A DNA stretch of 64,000 nt from Halocafeteria seosinensis (Eukaryota). The first letter of the stretch is position 1, and the number at the start of each line of letters is the position of its first letter. Shown here piece by piece: positions 1 to 13,942 of the stretch. Location: positions 1-64,000 of the forward strand of contig LVLI01000321.1 of assembly GCA_001687465.1 (NCBI GenBank), read 5' to 3'. The notes under the pieces were generated by a model. That model was given only the letters and a program-made list of their open reading frames with translations. It was not told where the DNA came from and ran no database searches. The translations under genes and the position numbers were made by a program.

Positions 1-68
1 ACTACAGGAAGCTGGTGATGTCTCGGCTAAGCCTGTGCTTGATGAGAGAGAACGTCAAAATGATCCGG

Positions 69-149
69 CATTTCGTGACTACCGTGCAATTTGAAACGTA
101 AGTAGAATGCTCGTAGATTCTTCCGGTAGGACGTATACAATACACACTC
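69..149 (-). repeat. Short interspersed element copy 1 (inverted relative to copy 2)
   Basis: Reverse complement matches 611-702 apart from an 11-nt indel and one substitution. Confidence 0.85.
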
Positions 150-830
150 ACTCTGGATATCCAAAATGCATTTAACTCTATCAGCAGGGAGAAGGTCAGG
201 CAAGTGATTAAGGAGAGGCTGCCCGGAATGTTGCCTTACTTTGAATGGGCTTATCGGTATGCTTCTCCTTTGTATTTCCACGAAGATCTCCTGGCCTTCT
301 CGAAAGAAGGAGTCCGACAGGGAGATCCCCTTGGGCCAGCGTTATTCGCCGTTGGTATTCAGGGTGTGTTGGAACAGCTGGGGCAGGAGTTTCCAGCTGT
401 GCAAGTCAACGCTTACTTGGATGATGTGTCGGCGGCAGGCCCCGCAGAAGATTTGGTGGCTTTTGCCCGTAGATTCAGCGACTTGGCTGAATTTAGTGGA
501 CTAAGAGTAAACACTTCCAAATCGGAGCTCTTGCTTCCGGTGGGGGAGTCAGTTCCTCAGGGTGCTTATAATTTACCAGTTAAGAGGGATGGTATTGTGG
601 TCTTAGGGGGGAGTGTGTATTGTATACGTCCTACCGGAAGAATCTACGAGCAAGATGATACCATTCTACTTACGTTTCAAATTGCGCGGTAGTCACGAAA
701 TGGTCTTAGGTACTCAGATTGGTGTCCCTGATTTTGAAGAATGGTGGTGTCTGTCTAAGGTTCAAGAGATGCGAAAGTTGATCATGGTAAGGACTGAAAC
801 TGCAGTTCCTGTACAGTGCCGGTATACCCT
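150..830 (+). mobile_element. Decayed non-LTR retrotransposon reverse transcriptase (CRE/SLACS-like), interrupted by insertions
   Basis: RT motifs TLDIQNAFNSISR (from 150), GVRQGDPLGPALF and AYLDD are present. GIVVLG|TQIG is restored when the 608-700 insert and one copy of its target duplication are removed. Similarity is lost after about 830. Confidence 0.85.
608..700 (+). mobile_element. 93-bp inserted element copy 2 with 10-bp target-site duplication
   Basis: TGGTCTTAGG occurs at 598-607 and 701-710 flanking the insert, which breaks the RT frame. Confidence 0.85.
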
Positions 831-2229
831 AGGATGCAGAAATAAGGGCCGATTCTGCGGTAACTTGAAGTTGCCAACATTCGGATGTCAATTTAGAGGG
901 CCGATTCTTCAAAACGGTCGTATTTGAATGATTCGAAGGTGTTTAACGGAGTGTAAGCAATCAAAATATAAAGAAAAATACATGTATATTGTGCTATTTT
1001 TGTCTTCGCGGACTAAAGCTTCATGGAAGTACAGAAAATGGATGGAACAGATCTGAGGCTGAGCTGCGCGCCAAAACTTGGACGTATGAAGCATCAAACT
1101 CATCGCCAAGGTTCTCCTGGAGCGATGGCGCATACTGCCAGGAGTTTTCAGTTTCTGAATAACCTTTTCATTTGTTAATAATGCGCTGTTCTTCTTCGTC
1201 TCCCGCAAGAAGCTCTCCACGACAAAAATGACTGGTGGTACACTCAGTGCCCGCACATGGTTTTGAATCCGCCTGCTCCTCTTAGTCAATGGCCTCTTGC
1301 AGCAGCTGCACAAGAAAGGATTTTGGAGCTCTAGTGCCTGCAAACCCCTTGTTTGAACAATAGCTCTAGCTCAGAACGGGTCATGCGGGGAAGAGAATCG
1401 GTTTGAACAGTTTGCGGCAAATTGCTTCCCGCACAAGCATGGAATTTACACAGGGACTGGGAATGTAATACGTACCCACAGCACGGAGCATCGGAGCATT
1501 GCGTAGGTCAGCAGATCGAAGCATTGGCCCGAATTCTTTGAAGTCCAGAGGAGGCAGCTGAAGCAGTTCGTGCTGGGACACAGTGCCGAAAGGATTACAA
1601 CGAGCCCAAGTAAGTTCGCACCTTTGACGAATCTCCTCATTCTGCTTGCGTCATGTAGTGCTACCCTTATCCATGCCCTATTAGTGCGTCGGAGCTTGTG
1701 AAACGCTGCTGCGAAGAATTTTGAACTCGTTTCGTCCTGGTGCAAAAGATAAGAAGCGGCAATCTAAAATCCGTGGTAATTATGGTTGCTGAGAATGTAT
1801 GTAATTGGTTTTCGTGCGTTAGATCTGCCAACAACCCCTGAAAGGCGTGTGAGATGCGTGACTAGGAACCAAAGTCGAACTTCACAGTGGGTGGTTTTTT
1901 GCAATCGGTTGGCGAACGTTCTGGACATTCGCAAAATTCCGGAAAACCCTGGAGTCGCTCGCTACAACAACACACTAATACTGGCGATACAAGCGGCTTT
2001 CTAAACAAATGAATTTGAACTTCTCGGTCTCGGAGGACACCCAAAATCTCCGATACAGGGGGGTCCTGTCTCGAAGAAAACGACCTAAAAACAGATTTTC
2101 CGTGACGGAAAGTCTGGTCCGGGCGGTCATAAGGAAGCGCGGATGGCATTTCCGCGCCCGAAACTTAACGGTCGGGCGCGGGATCTGGGCCTCATAAGGG
2201 ACGGCCTAAGACGTGGCAGTCAACTTCCT

Positions 2230-2260
2230 GGCCGGTGGGCTATCTGTCACATGTGTGTGT
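2230..2260. repeat. Dispersed repeat terminus (GGCCGGTGGGCTATCTGTCACA + (TG)n)
   Basis: Perfect 31-bp reverse complement at 32316-32346 and a partial copy at 26549-26563. Confidence 0.8.
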
Positions 2261-2717
2261 GTGCGTGTTATGTGGTAGGCAGCGAGGCGACAACGTTAGA
2301 AAAACGCTGTTCCACAGTCTCGAGTGATTCAATCTGAACATATTGTTCTGACTGAGTAGATACACACTGTTGGGGTGTGTACTTGTTTCTCACTGCTACA
2401 ACATATCTTCACCTCGTAACGCGACACTGTAGCAAACAACTTGTATTTTGTGAATTGTATGCAAAGTTAATGCTGAAACAAATATACATGCGACGGTGTC
2501 ATATAGCTCAGCTCATGGAATACATATAAGCAAAGCTACATTTTCCTGCCCGTGTTATCAGCAGCTCAACGCAATCAAGTGTCAAACAAGCTTTTAGAAT
2601 CCTTCTCCTCTCTTCCATATAAGATCCACTCGCTTCTCTAACGCTCCCAAAGGATCAATATTTTCTTTGCTTGCTGTAAAGCACTAGAGCGAAACCTATA
2701 TTGCGCAACATTGTCCG

Positions 2718-3963
2718 CTATGAAGTGATGCCGATCAGCTGCCCGAGCAAATAGGTCGACCATGGTAACAAAATATAAGAGGCTGCGGCTGCTATGACGC
2801 ATGAGCTAAACATCAACGCATTGACCCAGAAGGCTTTCCTTTGAGGTAAAAGATTGCTCTTTGTGCAGCCGAGTAGCAGCGTCGTGGCCAAGAGTGTAAT
2901 AATAGCCACCACAGCGCCAACCATAGAAATCTCTTCGGAAGAGTAGCTCTTGTTACTGCAAACCAAATCATCTTGGTGTCGTTACGCTTCGATCAGGGCT
3001 GATTGCAACTTACTGCAGATGTAGGTAGATCCCTAAGGCGATACATGGTAAACTACCGAATATTGTCATAGACACGAACGTTGTAAAGGCATTTTTCCAA
3101 GGCGAAAAATCCGGAGGTTGCATTTGAAGCTCTACAGCCATCATCAGATCTACGAAAAACTCTGGATACTTGCTCAGTTTCGTCATTGTCTCAAGCGCAG
3201 TTGTTTCCGATACTCCTTTGCTTTGTAGTAGTTCGACCATTTCCCCTACTTCTCCTTCAGGAAAGTTATCTAGTTCCCTGAGTCACATGATTTCCGAACA
3301 GAGAACAGAATGTTGTATGCAATGTGAGAGTAACTAGCTCTGTCGTTGCCTTACCATTCCTCTCTTCTCTTCTCTCTGTGATAAAACTCTTTGTCGCTTT
3401 CGTACCTTATGTAGTCTCGAATAGCAAATGCCAAGGCAATACCCAAGAGACAGCTAAGCGCACTTGTGAGCGCATTGAAGGGTTTTGCTCCCGTAGCAAT
3501 ATTCGCAAATATGATCGTTGTGGTAATAGCAGCTCCCTCCAAGCCCCCATATACCGTGCATTTTTCCCACGTTGTCGCTCCTCTGTGGAGAAACTCCACA
3601 GACAGTCGTTGTACAAATGGACATCCACAATGTTCTTTTTTCTGGCATCAACAACTTACCCTACATGTCCTGGTTCAGATGGGTTCACTTCTGAGCTCCC
3701 TAATGCCGCCGAGGCAGCTGCCAGGAATACAGTAAAATGGATTCAAACCATTATTACCACAACGAAAATTACATACCTCGTGCAAGGTTATTGTTGAGCC
3801 CTGTTTGTGTATCACCTGTGGTTGACGGACCGCCACCCGTTCGACGTGCGTGTACATTATGCGCAGCGGCAGAAGCGGCTATATCTCCTCGTAAATAGGC
3901 TTCCCGCGCAGCTCCCAGATCACGATGCGGTCCACTGCTGTTGGGATGCTCAGTATCGCTCAT
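2718..3963 (-). CDS. VIT1/CCC1-family vacuolar iron/manganese transporter, multi-exon
   Basis: Exon pieces VYGGLEG, FYHREKRREEW and FFVDLMMAVEL..PP.FSPWKNA, plus TM helices. Start MSDTEH at 3963. Exon borders approximate. Confidence 0.75.
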
Positions 3964-4291
3964 TCTTGCTTCCTTTATGTCGCTCAAGTACACATACAAT
4001 AAATTATCAACTCTTGTCTTGTGCGCATACGACACAACCCCTCTGAAGTTTTCTCTCTTTCGCCTTGAACTTGAGACTACCGCCAGGTTTCGCCGGCGGG
4101 GAGAGAACCGTGTCTGGCTACAAGAACAAAGGATGACAACCACAGGTCTTAGTTGAAGCAGAATTAGAAAGTACAGTCAACGACAGTGAATGGGTGCATG
4201 CTAGAAACTTGAACTACCAAAAAAATAAAAAAAATCTAGCGAGGTACGTGAATACACCGTTGTCCATTTCTGGATACTATCTACTTAAGTC

Positions 4292-6886
4292 TTAAGTGTT
4301 ATGCGCAGCGCATGCAGCATTGCGCCCGTTGCGGATGTTTTCCATGATAGACTCTGCAATCCCATTATTGTCTTCATCCTCATCCTCCATTGATTCGGCA
4401 CCTGGCTCATATTCATCCGCATAATCGCTTGGAAATTTCACACCAGCATGAACTCTGCATGGGAAAGCAAATGACAATAGACTTCTCACGTACCCCATAA
4501 GGATGGAGTAGGGCACAATGCTTACTGTTGGACCAAAGTTTCTTTCATTACTTGGCTCTTTCTGGCCAAAGCAGAAAGCAAAGACGTTTCCACTTGGGCA
4601 GCCGAACCGTACACAAAGCGCACGTGTGCCGTCGATTGAGTGTTTGTCCGATGGAAACGACGAGTAAGTTGATACAAGTCGATGATAGTATAGTTGGGAG
4701 AAGCAAAGGCATACCGAAAACGATCGCCATGCTTATCATCCAAATCACTGCAACGACAAGAAAGACAAAACACTGCGGAAGGCAAGCAAGACAGAGAATA
4801 ACCAGGGTGTAACTCACATTCCAGTGGATCCCACTTTCAGCTGCGAGATAAGGAGACGACGATCAAGCGATCGATCCTGGAAGGCAGATACCACTTCTTC
4901 TCGTTGCTTGCGGGACAAAGACCCATGTAAAATCAAAGGATTGAACCTCGCAAGCTTTTCTGCGACATAGTTTAAACTGTCGAGGTAGTTCAAGAACACC
5001 ACTACTTTGCAAGTTGATTCCTCTTGAAGTTTCTCTTCGGTAGCACGGGCAAATATGTTAACCTTCGAACTCTCAATTTTTACCAGTGCTGTGGTTATAG
5101 CCCCGAAGGAACTCCCAAAATTTTGCGCGTTCAGACTATACGGGTGCTGCCGCTGCCGCTCTTGTTCCCCGTAGGCTAATGCCAGATCTGCGATGCCTTG
5201 CCTGAGAAGCTTCTTGTCTTCGTCGTTCATCACAAAATATTTATTTGTGCAAATGATTTTTTCCTGTCGTTGACGAGGCGTCATGGCTATGCCTACGCCT
5301 TTCAATACAACATCCTGAAATAGCCGATAGGCAGCACTCTTTACGCCGTCCTTCGAGTCGATGTTGTGCCTTCGCAGGATCGCTGCGGTATCGATACGAC
5401 TCACGTACCTGCAAAAGTCGATCAGCTCTTGGATCCCCAACTTTGAACGTCCCTGAGCTGTTTCTCTAGACAACTGAGTGGACCTGATGATTCCCATTAG
5501 CCGCAGCATGTTTACTGCATGTCGCTCTTTGTCTATAGGGGTACCGGAGAGTAGCACAACACGGGAAATATTATCCCCTGTCTTCTCGAACAGATCTACA
5601 ACTTCTGTGGTCAAAGCCTTGCAAGCTTTGTGCTGAGAACTAAGATTCTTAGCGTTATGGAATTCGTCCAACACTAAGAGAAGACCTTCTTTAGCCATTT
5701 CAGTAAACTTTGAAGTCGCTTCAAACACTTGGGTTATGTTACCTTGCTTATCTTCTACATTCGATTTCGTAAGGAGCCCATGGCGAGGATCCTCTCCTTT
5801 CGCCGAAGAACGAAGGCCTTGGTAAGAAATCACTTGACGGATTGGTAAGCCATACCTGCTCATCCCCTTCCACTTGTCATAGACAGCCACTGGACATACG
5901 ACGATCATATGCTGAAATTCCAGGCGCTTGGCCATAATACACGTAGTATAAGTTTTTCCTTCTCCCATCATTGATGTGTCAATCAGTACAGGAAATTTGC
6001 GTAGGATCGCCACACCTTTTCTCACATGGGAAGCTTGTCCGGACAGCGTGTTAACGATAGTTCCGTCGTTGTCTACTAGCCCGGTTTCCTCATACTCTTC
6101 TTGCGCAGTTTCCTCTGGCGCTGATGGTTCTGTATTTTCAATATCTGAGCGTACAGCAAGCGATCCCCATTCCGGCGCCGTTTCCTGTAGTGCTAGTTCT
6201 TTCTCCTCTTCGGTTGGAAGCGTTGGATAACGACGCTGCGGCGCAGACGCTGCAGGAGGTGGAGCAGAAACCTGCACTTTGGTGTTCTGTCTGCCAACAG
6301 AAGAGCCTTGGGCTGGAACTGGTCTATATTGCGCGCTTCTCGGGGCGGCGTTTTGGGTGTGGTTAGAATCCTTGGTACTCGAACGGGGCTTGCTTATCTT
6401 CTCGGAATATAGAGCCTGTTTTCTAGCAAAGGCACGATGCTTCGGAGTTTTTGTCGCTGAATATGAATAACTTGGTCCTCTCCCAAATAGGTCTTCATCA
6501 CGCATACCCGGAGGTGTATTCGAAGGGAAGCTCCCGTAGGAACTCGACAACATAGGTACCGCAGCTCCGGATGAGCCAGACAAACGTGAGGTGTACGGCA
6601 TGGCACTACTTCTGGGAGATGATTCGAACTGATTCTCTTTCTCACTGCTGCTAGCGGACATCGATACATCCTCTGGGACTCGCCTCGTGACGTTACCGTC
6701 GAGCCAGTAGTCGTCCTCGTCATCGCCGGTGGGGGCCGTGGAGGGATCAAAATGAGCATCATCCTCATTACCCATATTTACATCTTCGTGATCACTGTCT
6801 CCACGAGCTGAGAAGAACTGTGTATCACCACTCGTGCTATTGGCGTCATCAGAATCACTGCATAGATCGATCAGAGCCGTTGCCAT
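4292..6886 (-). CDS. SF2 (DEAD/SNF2-like) helicase with acidic low-complexity N-terminus, 3 exons
   Basis: Motif I DTSMMGEGKT, motif II DEFH, motif III LSGTP, and helicase-C GSTGIDLDD...QLTRRFHR. Intron 4748-4817 and a second near 4457-4525. Confidence 0.8.
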
Positions 6887-7436
6887 CGCCTCTTCGACTT
6901 CTTTGAAAGGCAGACAACTCTAACTTTTTTGCTCTAACGTAAGTACTCTTTGCGCAATACACGCATAGTATACACACATACTACTCTACATGAGCAAATC
7001 TATCTGGACTAGTCCTAAGGTGCGCTATCAACCCTTAACCTGTGCTATTTTCTGGGGATTCCAGGGGTTAACGCTCGGGATTGGATTCAAAAGAAAGTTG
7101 GATTTGAAACTTCAAGAGACTCTGAAGAGAGAAGTAGTCTACTTCAAGTAGATTCAACAAGGATGTGACACGCGGGTGTCATTGACACCCAAGATCCAGG
7201 AGGAAAAGAGATACCGATGAGTGAAAACACGATGCAGTAATACTGTAGGTGATCGACGCCTGGGAACGTGTTCGCATATTGTGCACACGCTAAGCCGTGG
7301 CCATTTGAATTCCACTTCTGAATAGTCACTGCTGGACATAGCCTGTCACATAGCCAAGATAGTACAGAACATTCAACCATGTATCATTATCAAGTTTATC
7401 AAAAGACTAAAGCCAGATGAAAGAGGCAACGTATGG

Positions 7437-9716
7437 TTACTTCAGTGATATGACCCAGGAGTGAGGAATCAAGGGAGTCAACAGACCAAACTGGTTAGGG
7501 TCGATTCCAGCTGCTTTGACCCATTCATTGCGAGCATAGTATTCAGTGCTGTACAGTGCCATAAGTAGTGCAGTTCCTATGGCCAACATAAGCCACATGA
7601 AAACGTTATTGAATGCGTGGTTTTTCTGCGTGAGCTTCATAAAAAACACTCCGGGGCCTCCAAACATGAGTAGCATAATGGGGTAGAAGAATCCCATAGA
7701 GCCTGCTATAATGTGTTCGTGCACAAAAGCAGATACCACAAAAACTGCAGCCATAGCTTTCCCTTTACCAATTCGTCCTTTCGAGAAGCGAATGATGTCA
7801 AAATAGAGGTACGTTCGTAGCCAATCATGCACTACAGCATTCCATTTGCGATAATACGCTGCCCAGTTCTTTACGTTCCACCTGCAAACTCATTTACCAT
7901 TGTGCGATACTCTGTACGGACATTGAAGCGTTGAGTATGTAGGATTCCGTACCAGTCTTCGTAGAATCGCCGGTCCCCAAAACAAAGCAGTTCCGACCAA
8001 GCATTGAACCACGAATGGAGTAGCCCGAAGAATGCTAGCATTAGAATTAGCATAGCAGGCAGCATGCTTCTGAATATTGACCTGTTCCAAAACCAACCAT
8101 ACAAGAATGACAGAAACCGTTTAGTGCAAAGAGGTTAAGGTAGACTGTGCCGTTTCGAAACATACTTCACGAATTTTCCGAGATCTCCGGGGTGAGTGGC
8201 ACTCTCCCGAAATTCAGGAATGCAAAACGTCTTTAAAAGAAGAAACAAAAACAAAATGACGAGAAATAGGTTGAGGAAATGCTTGAAACCTCGGATCCAA
8301 TGTACTTGTTTACCGCTTTGGGGGTAATGGTCCCGATACACCAACGTTGGGGCAAAATGGAAATATATGTAGCGGCCAATCTCGGTAGAAGCGTCTTCGA
8401 TGGTTACCTTTGGAGGCCGAACATGCTCTCTTAGTGTCACTCCTTGTTTGGAAGCCCAATCCGGAATGAACTGCCAGTATTCATCGAACTTGCCAGAGCC
8501 ATAGAGCATCTTCTCGCGAAGATACGCATGAACCTTCATACACATCCGTGTTTGTTCGCACATAATAATCATCGCAGAGGGTGGAGGCAAGCTAGATTGG
8601 AAGACGAAAGCAGTGGGTACTGCGATAAACAGCAGCTGGTATACCAAATACACAGGGCCCCAGACAAGGAGAGGAATGTCAAAGGAGTTAATCAGCTGCA
8701 CGAACGGAACAATCAGGAAAGCCGCGACGAACATTGCCAACCATACCCGGACAACGTCATCGGCCCCGGAAAATCCCCTGTAGACAAGGCAACTCTTAAG
8801 GCAGCTCGATGGTAACATGTATGAGTGCCAGTGCAACTTACCACACCAGAAAGCTAAAGTCCATGACAGTACCGTCTTTCAAATATGCTGCGTTCCGAGA
8901 GTATTCAAATATGTGCGTTAACTTTTGAAATGCAATGTGACTGGAATTTTGTGTGTACCATGTGATATGAGGATCTTACCATCAACCATCATGTTCACCA
9001 TCATCCACATCATCACAGAAACGGAGATGTTGTAGAGAGTCTTGTAATTTGGGCTACTGTCGAGCATGTCTGTCAGGAGAGATTCTCGTTTTTCGAAAGT
9101 CTTTTCGAAGAAGAGATGGTAGAGTCGTTGGTTTTCCTGTGCAATATATGTAGTCCATGTGGATATCGGAAATATTGCCTAAACCGAGCTTGTTGTACCT
9201 ACCTTCGAGTTTTCGTAACTTGAAGAGCCTCGCCCCCTACTTCGTTTCTGCATTTGTTCGCAAGCAGATTTTATGTCATGGCTGCATTCCTTTAGCCTCT
9301 GTGGAAGCTCGGTTGCAAGCTTATCCAGTTTTGCTTGCGCGCTCTGTAGGCTCTGGAGCGCTCCCACGTCTTCATTCTTTTCTTGCTGAGATTTGCGCTG
9401 CATATACAACAGCAGCATCACATCACGTTGATAAAGAGACTGTAAAAAATGCCATTCTCTTCGTTTTAGCTCTTCGTACCTTCAAAGATCTATATTCTTG
9501 AATAAATTGCTGCAACTTTGCACCCATTTCTTCCTCCGACTGGTGCTTTTCAAGTGGAGTGCTATCGGTATCATCATCGGGACTGGAACTCCCACCATCT
9601 TGGTATCCAGGATACTTTGCATCGCTTCGGTCGTCGCTTTTAGTTCGTTCCTGGTATTGATTCTCGTCGGTTTCCGTGGCTTCTCCATCCACGCCGGTGT
9701 GATTCTCAGACAGCAT
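7437..9716 (-). CDS. MBOAT-family sterol O-acyltransferase (ACAT/ARE-like), multi-exon
   Basis: FAPTLVYRD.YP, FFGLLHSWFNA.SELL.FGDR.FYEDW, WNAVVHDWL..Y and SAFVHE motifs. Confidence 0.85.
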
Positions 9717-10605
9717 TGTTTCCTCCTAGCCACTGCGCTTGCAACAAAGAATCAAGCGTCCAACCAGGATAGGTACGGGGGAGCCCAAAACGAGAACCTG
9801 CCAATCCTTAGCACAAAATGCAGTCTGTAGACTGCCCTGCCACGCAGTAGCGAACCTTCCTTAAGAACTGTGAAGCTGATTCAACGCGGTACTTCAAGTT
9901 GAAACACTGTCTGGAATGTCAGACCGGGTGCCAGTTGAACCGAACGATGCGCAGCAAGTACTCAGCGCAGCCTTAACTTCGCACCTACGAATGGGAAGCC
10001 TACTCTTAGAATCAGCTACGCAATGCCATTAGGGAGGAGAGTGCATCCTTAAAGTGATTTAGTCGGAGCACACAGGAATCCCTTATGTACATATCGTGTA
10101 TTCCAGCAAATAAACAAAAAACAGTATATTCTGGCAGCATTTTCGGAAACAACTATAGAAATTCTATAGGCTGGCCTCGTGTTAACAACTTGTCTTGAAG
10201 GTGTGGACCGCCGCGGTTGGAACTCCGCTACAGGCGTACTTCTAGCTCCCGCACTGTTGCGAGGCATTTCTCCGTACCATAGCCTCCAGAAATCGATTGG
10301 CATTAGTGCATGAGTATCGTTTGCATTTTTCTTCCTGGTTTGGACACGCTGCCATCAGAATGGCAAATGAGTCACTCGAGTCTAGGAGCCTCTGGTAGGA
10401 GACAAGTCCAAGTCACTTAAGAACAGGGGTTGTAGAGCCCTTCCATGCTAACTTCTCTGGGCAGGCTATAAATATTATCGGATGCATGTTTACCATGTTT
10501 CCTTGTAGACGATAGCTATCACTTCCCGCCGGCGTTTGAGATACTAGGACCTACGACCTACAGAGCACTGGCTGGCTTGTGCGCACCACGCGAGACTGCA
10601 GGGAT

Positions 10606-13100
10606 ATGTCTATAAATCGCAATACGGAATCGGAGCCAGCACCTCCGTCCAATGAGAATACCAACAAGGTGGTAAATTACCTGACGGCTTCATCGTGGAC
10701 AACAGATGGGGCTGCTCCGGACGCCGGGATGAGATGGCGGGGAGCTCAAGCAGGAGGAGGAGGTGCTCGTGATGGCGGTGGCCATGGGGATGATGACTCC
10801 ACAGAGAATGTAGAGAGGGTGTTACTGAATGGAGTGGCTGTAGAAGAGAGAGCTCCGAAAAAACTAATTAGTAATTTCGACGATGTTGTAGATTTGCTCG
10901 CCTGGTACTTCCGCATTGACTGGAGAGACTTGCCTATACTGACATGGGGCAAGAAAGTGACTACTCAAGTTGCGCTGCAAGATCTTCTTGCTGGATTATC
11001 AGTTACAACGTTACTTATACCGCAGGCCTTAGCATGTACGTGAGGATAGTTGTCAATACTGCGTTGAAGTTCATTGTTTGTAGGGACACGCATTCGACCT
11101 GACTCATTGCAGATGCGAAACTCACCGGAGTCAAGAATGTGCTCATGGGTTGGTATGCTTCTACTCTACCACTTCTTATATACGCACTGTTAGGCTCATC
11201 CTCTCAACTATCAGTTGGACCCACTGGTCCTGTTTCTATCTTGATCAAGACTCTAAGCAACGAACAAGGATCAGAGAAAGAAGAAACGATCATTGCCTTA
11301 ACATTTTTATCAGGATGCGTCCAGCTACTTCTTTCGTTGCTGGGTTTTGGTTTTGTCGCTAATCTTCTTTCTTCGCCTGTAATGAGTGGTTATGCCTCAG
11401 CTGCTGGTCTTATTATTGCTGCCTCTCAGCTCGGAGACTTCTTCGCGGAACCGGGTAAGTGGTGTTCATTGGTATGGAGTTTCCCTTGCTTACTTAGGTG
11501 GGACACATATGATCTTTTTGCAGTCGGAAGGGGAAAGTATTTCAGTGATATTGGGGACTTCTTCTCCCATGGAAAACATATACAGTGGAATGTCGCCGTG
11601 ATTGGGCTAGTGTCACTAGCCATTCTATTGGCTGTGAAATTTGTTAGTATACGAGGGAAAAAGGTACCACGCTGGGTGCCAACGCAATTGCTACTCGTCA
11701 TCGCCGCCACTGTAATGTCCATAGCATCAGGATACCCGGACAAAAAGTTTACGGTGGAACACTCTTTAGAGAGCGGCGGCAGTAATGGTGGCTTTACGTT
11801 TCATGTACCCGACTTCGGCCTGATGAAAAATATGCTACCTCAATCTTTTATCCTCGGTCTCATTGCATACGTCTGCTCGATGTCACTGGCCGTCGTTTTT
11901 GGGAAAGATGTTGGTGAGAGCATCAACCCGAATATCGAATTGCTCGCTGGTGGAGCGGGATGTGTAGCCACAAGTTTCTTTAAAGGGTTCACCAGCAGCG
12001 GATCCTTTTCTCGGACCGCCATGAATAGCGAGCTTAAAGCTCAAACTCCTCTTGCGGGCCTTTTTAGTGGAATGCTTATGCTTATTGTTGTCCTCGTGAA
12101 ACCGATTGAACAGTTTATTAAATACTTGCCGAATGCAGTTCTGGCTGCAATGATTATTGCCAGTGTCATAAGTTTGCTGAAATATAAAGACGCTATAAAG
12201 CTTTGGAAAGCGAACAAAATTGACTTTCTACAGATGTTTGCGACATTTTGGCTGACGCTTTATTTTGGCGTGGCGGATGGTATCTTATATTCGGTTCTAG
12301 CGGCGCTAATTGTGCTACTTCTCAAGTCGTTCTGGCCCGACGTTGTGGAACTTGGGAGGTTTCCCGGTACAGATGTTTTTGTCGACACGAGCCGTTTTCC
12401 ACAGGCGGAAGTAATGGAGGGCATTCTTGTCATCCGAGTGGAAGGACCACTACACTTTGCGAATGTAGCAATTTTGGTTAACAAACTTAATCACATTTTT
12501 TCGGAAGCAACGAAAAACAAAGCTGTATTGCAAAGGACTGACAGTGCAGGAGATCTGGGTGCATATGCTCAATTGGAAGATGATCACATGCACCGTTACA
12601 AGGCGAAACTCTTATCAAATGGACACGAGTCGGAAAGGGCGCAAGGTCCTTTCCGACGGCTTACGTCCCAGGATGCTGAGGATTTTATCGAACAAAACGT
12701 TGGGACGGGGGCAAAGGGACAACCGCTCAGCGGCATGCCAATAGACGAGAAGCATGCCTATGAAAAGCTTTTTGCTGTTATATTGGATGGAAGTCGTATT
12801 TCGGATATTGATTCTCACGCGGCGATGGAACTTCATGATACTATTCAAACGATTCACAAATCACCTAACGGCTTTGTAGTCCTTCTGGCTAGTTTCAGTA
12901 TTCCCGAACGTCAGCTGTTCCGATCATTGGAGCTCGAAGGGATGTACTCCAACTTAGCATATCTGAATGTGCTCACTGCAGTTGACGCTGCGCTTAAATC
13001 TCAGCAAGAGGCTGAAAATTCGGGACCTTTTGATGAACGTACCGATGACGAATTGATGAAGACACATGGGTCTGCTACAGTATTGCACAATCTTGTTTGA
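10606..13100 (+). CDS. SulP/SLC26 anion transporter with STAS domain
   Basis: DLLAGLSV...IPQALAY, GSS.QLSVGP, GSFSRTA.N and STAS motifs (GPLHFAN, ILDGS.ISDIDS). Short introns near 11036-11112 and 11454-11523. Confidence 0.9.
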
Positions 13101-13942
13101 GCGACCACATCTAGATATTCAATGACAACATCATTAGGAAGTCACTCTTGCATCTCGTCAGGTTTTTACTATTTCTACATCGCTCAGGTCAAGGAGACCC
13201 TCTAAATTAGAGGCTCTAATAGAATGAGTCGCGTTCTGGTGTTGTGAAGATAGCATTCCACGAAGTTCACGGACTGAATTACGGGCTGACGGAATTTACG
13301 GTGTGTTGTCTCTGAGTGGTTACACTCTTACATAGTATTTGATTCAGACAGTAATGATTCACAAATTGATCGACGTGGGGAAGCATCATTACCACGATGC
13401 GGCTTCGGTTCATGTTGAGCGGCACTGCGATTTCCGAGTAGGAGAATCGTAGCCATTCGTCCGCGCTACCATCGATCTTCAACCTTCCACGTCGCTACTT
13501 TACGAGCCGACAAAGTCTCAGCGGGTGAAACTCCCGTCAGCTTTGTCTAGCCCTGGCCCGTGCAGGTAGGAATGATCAGCACATTCATCTCGACGGATCC
13601 TATCACTCAATTCCTATTAGCTGAACCTGACATCGTTGACGCAGGTATAGCGCCACCCCCGGGACATGCTCGTCAGCGGCAATTGAATTTCTTTATGGCA
13701 AGATACTCAAGACGAGATAGTGGGTACTCAGACGCCCCTAGACGTGTACAGGTATGGTTGTCGGATAGATGACTGTGTACCTGCTCAAAGTTTCCGAATA
13801 AAGTACTCAAAGTATGGTGCAGGCGCAACCCACTGCTGCTATTTCCAACCAGCATTTCTGGCCGTGAACACACCCGGCGCACTGGATGATAAGTGGACCG
13901 AAATATCCCGGATAGCTTATTATTTCACTTTCCGCGGTTTCA

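Noticed and set aside
7025..7075. AACCCTTAACC ... GGGGTTAA telomere-like words
   Set aside because: Too short and imperfect, with no accompanying pseudoknot or other structure.
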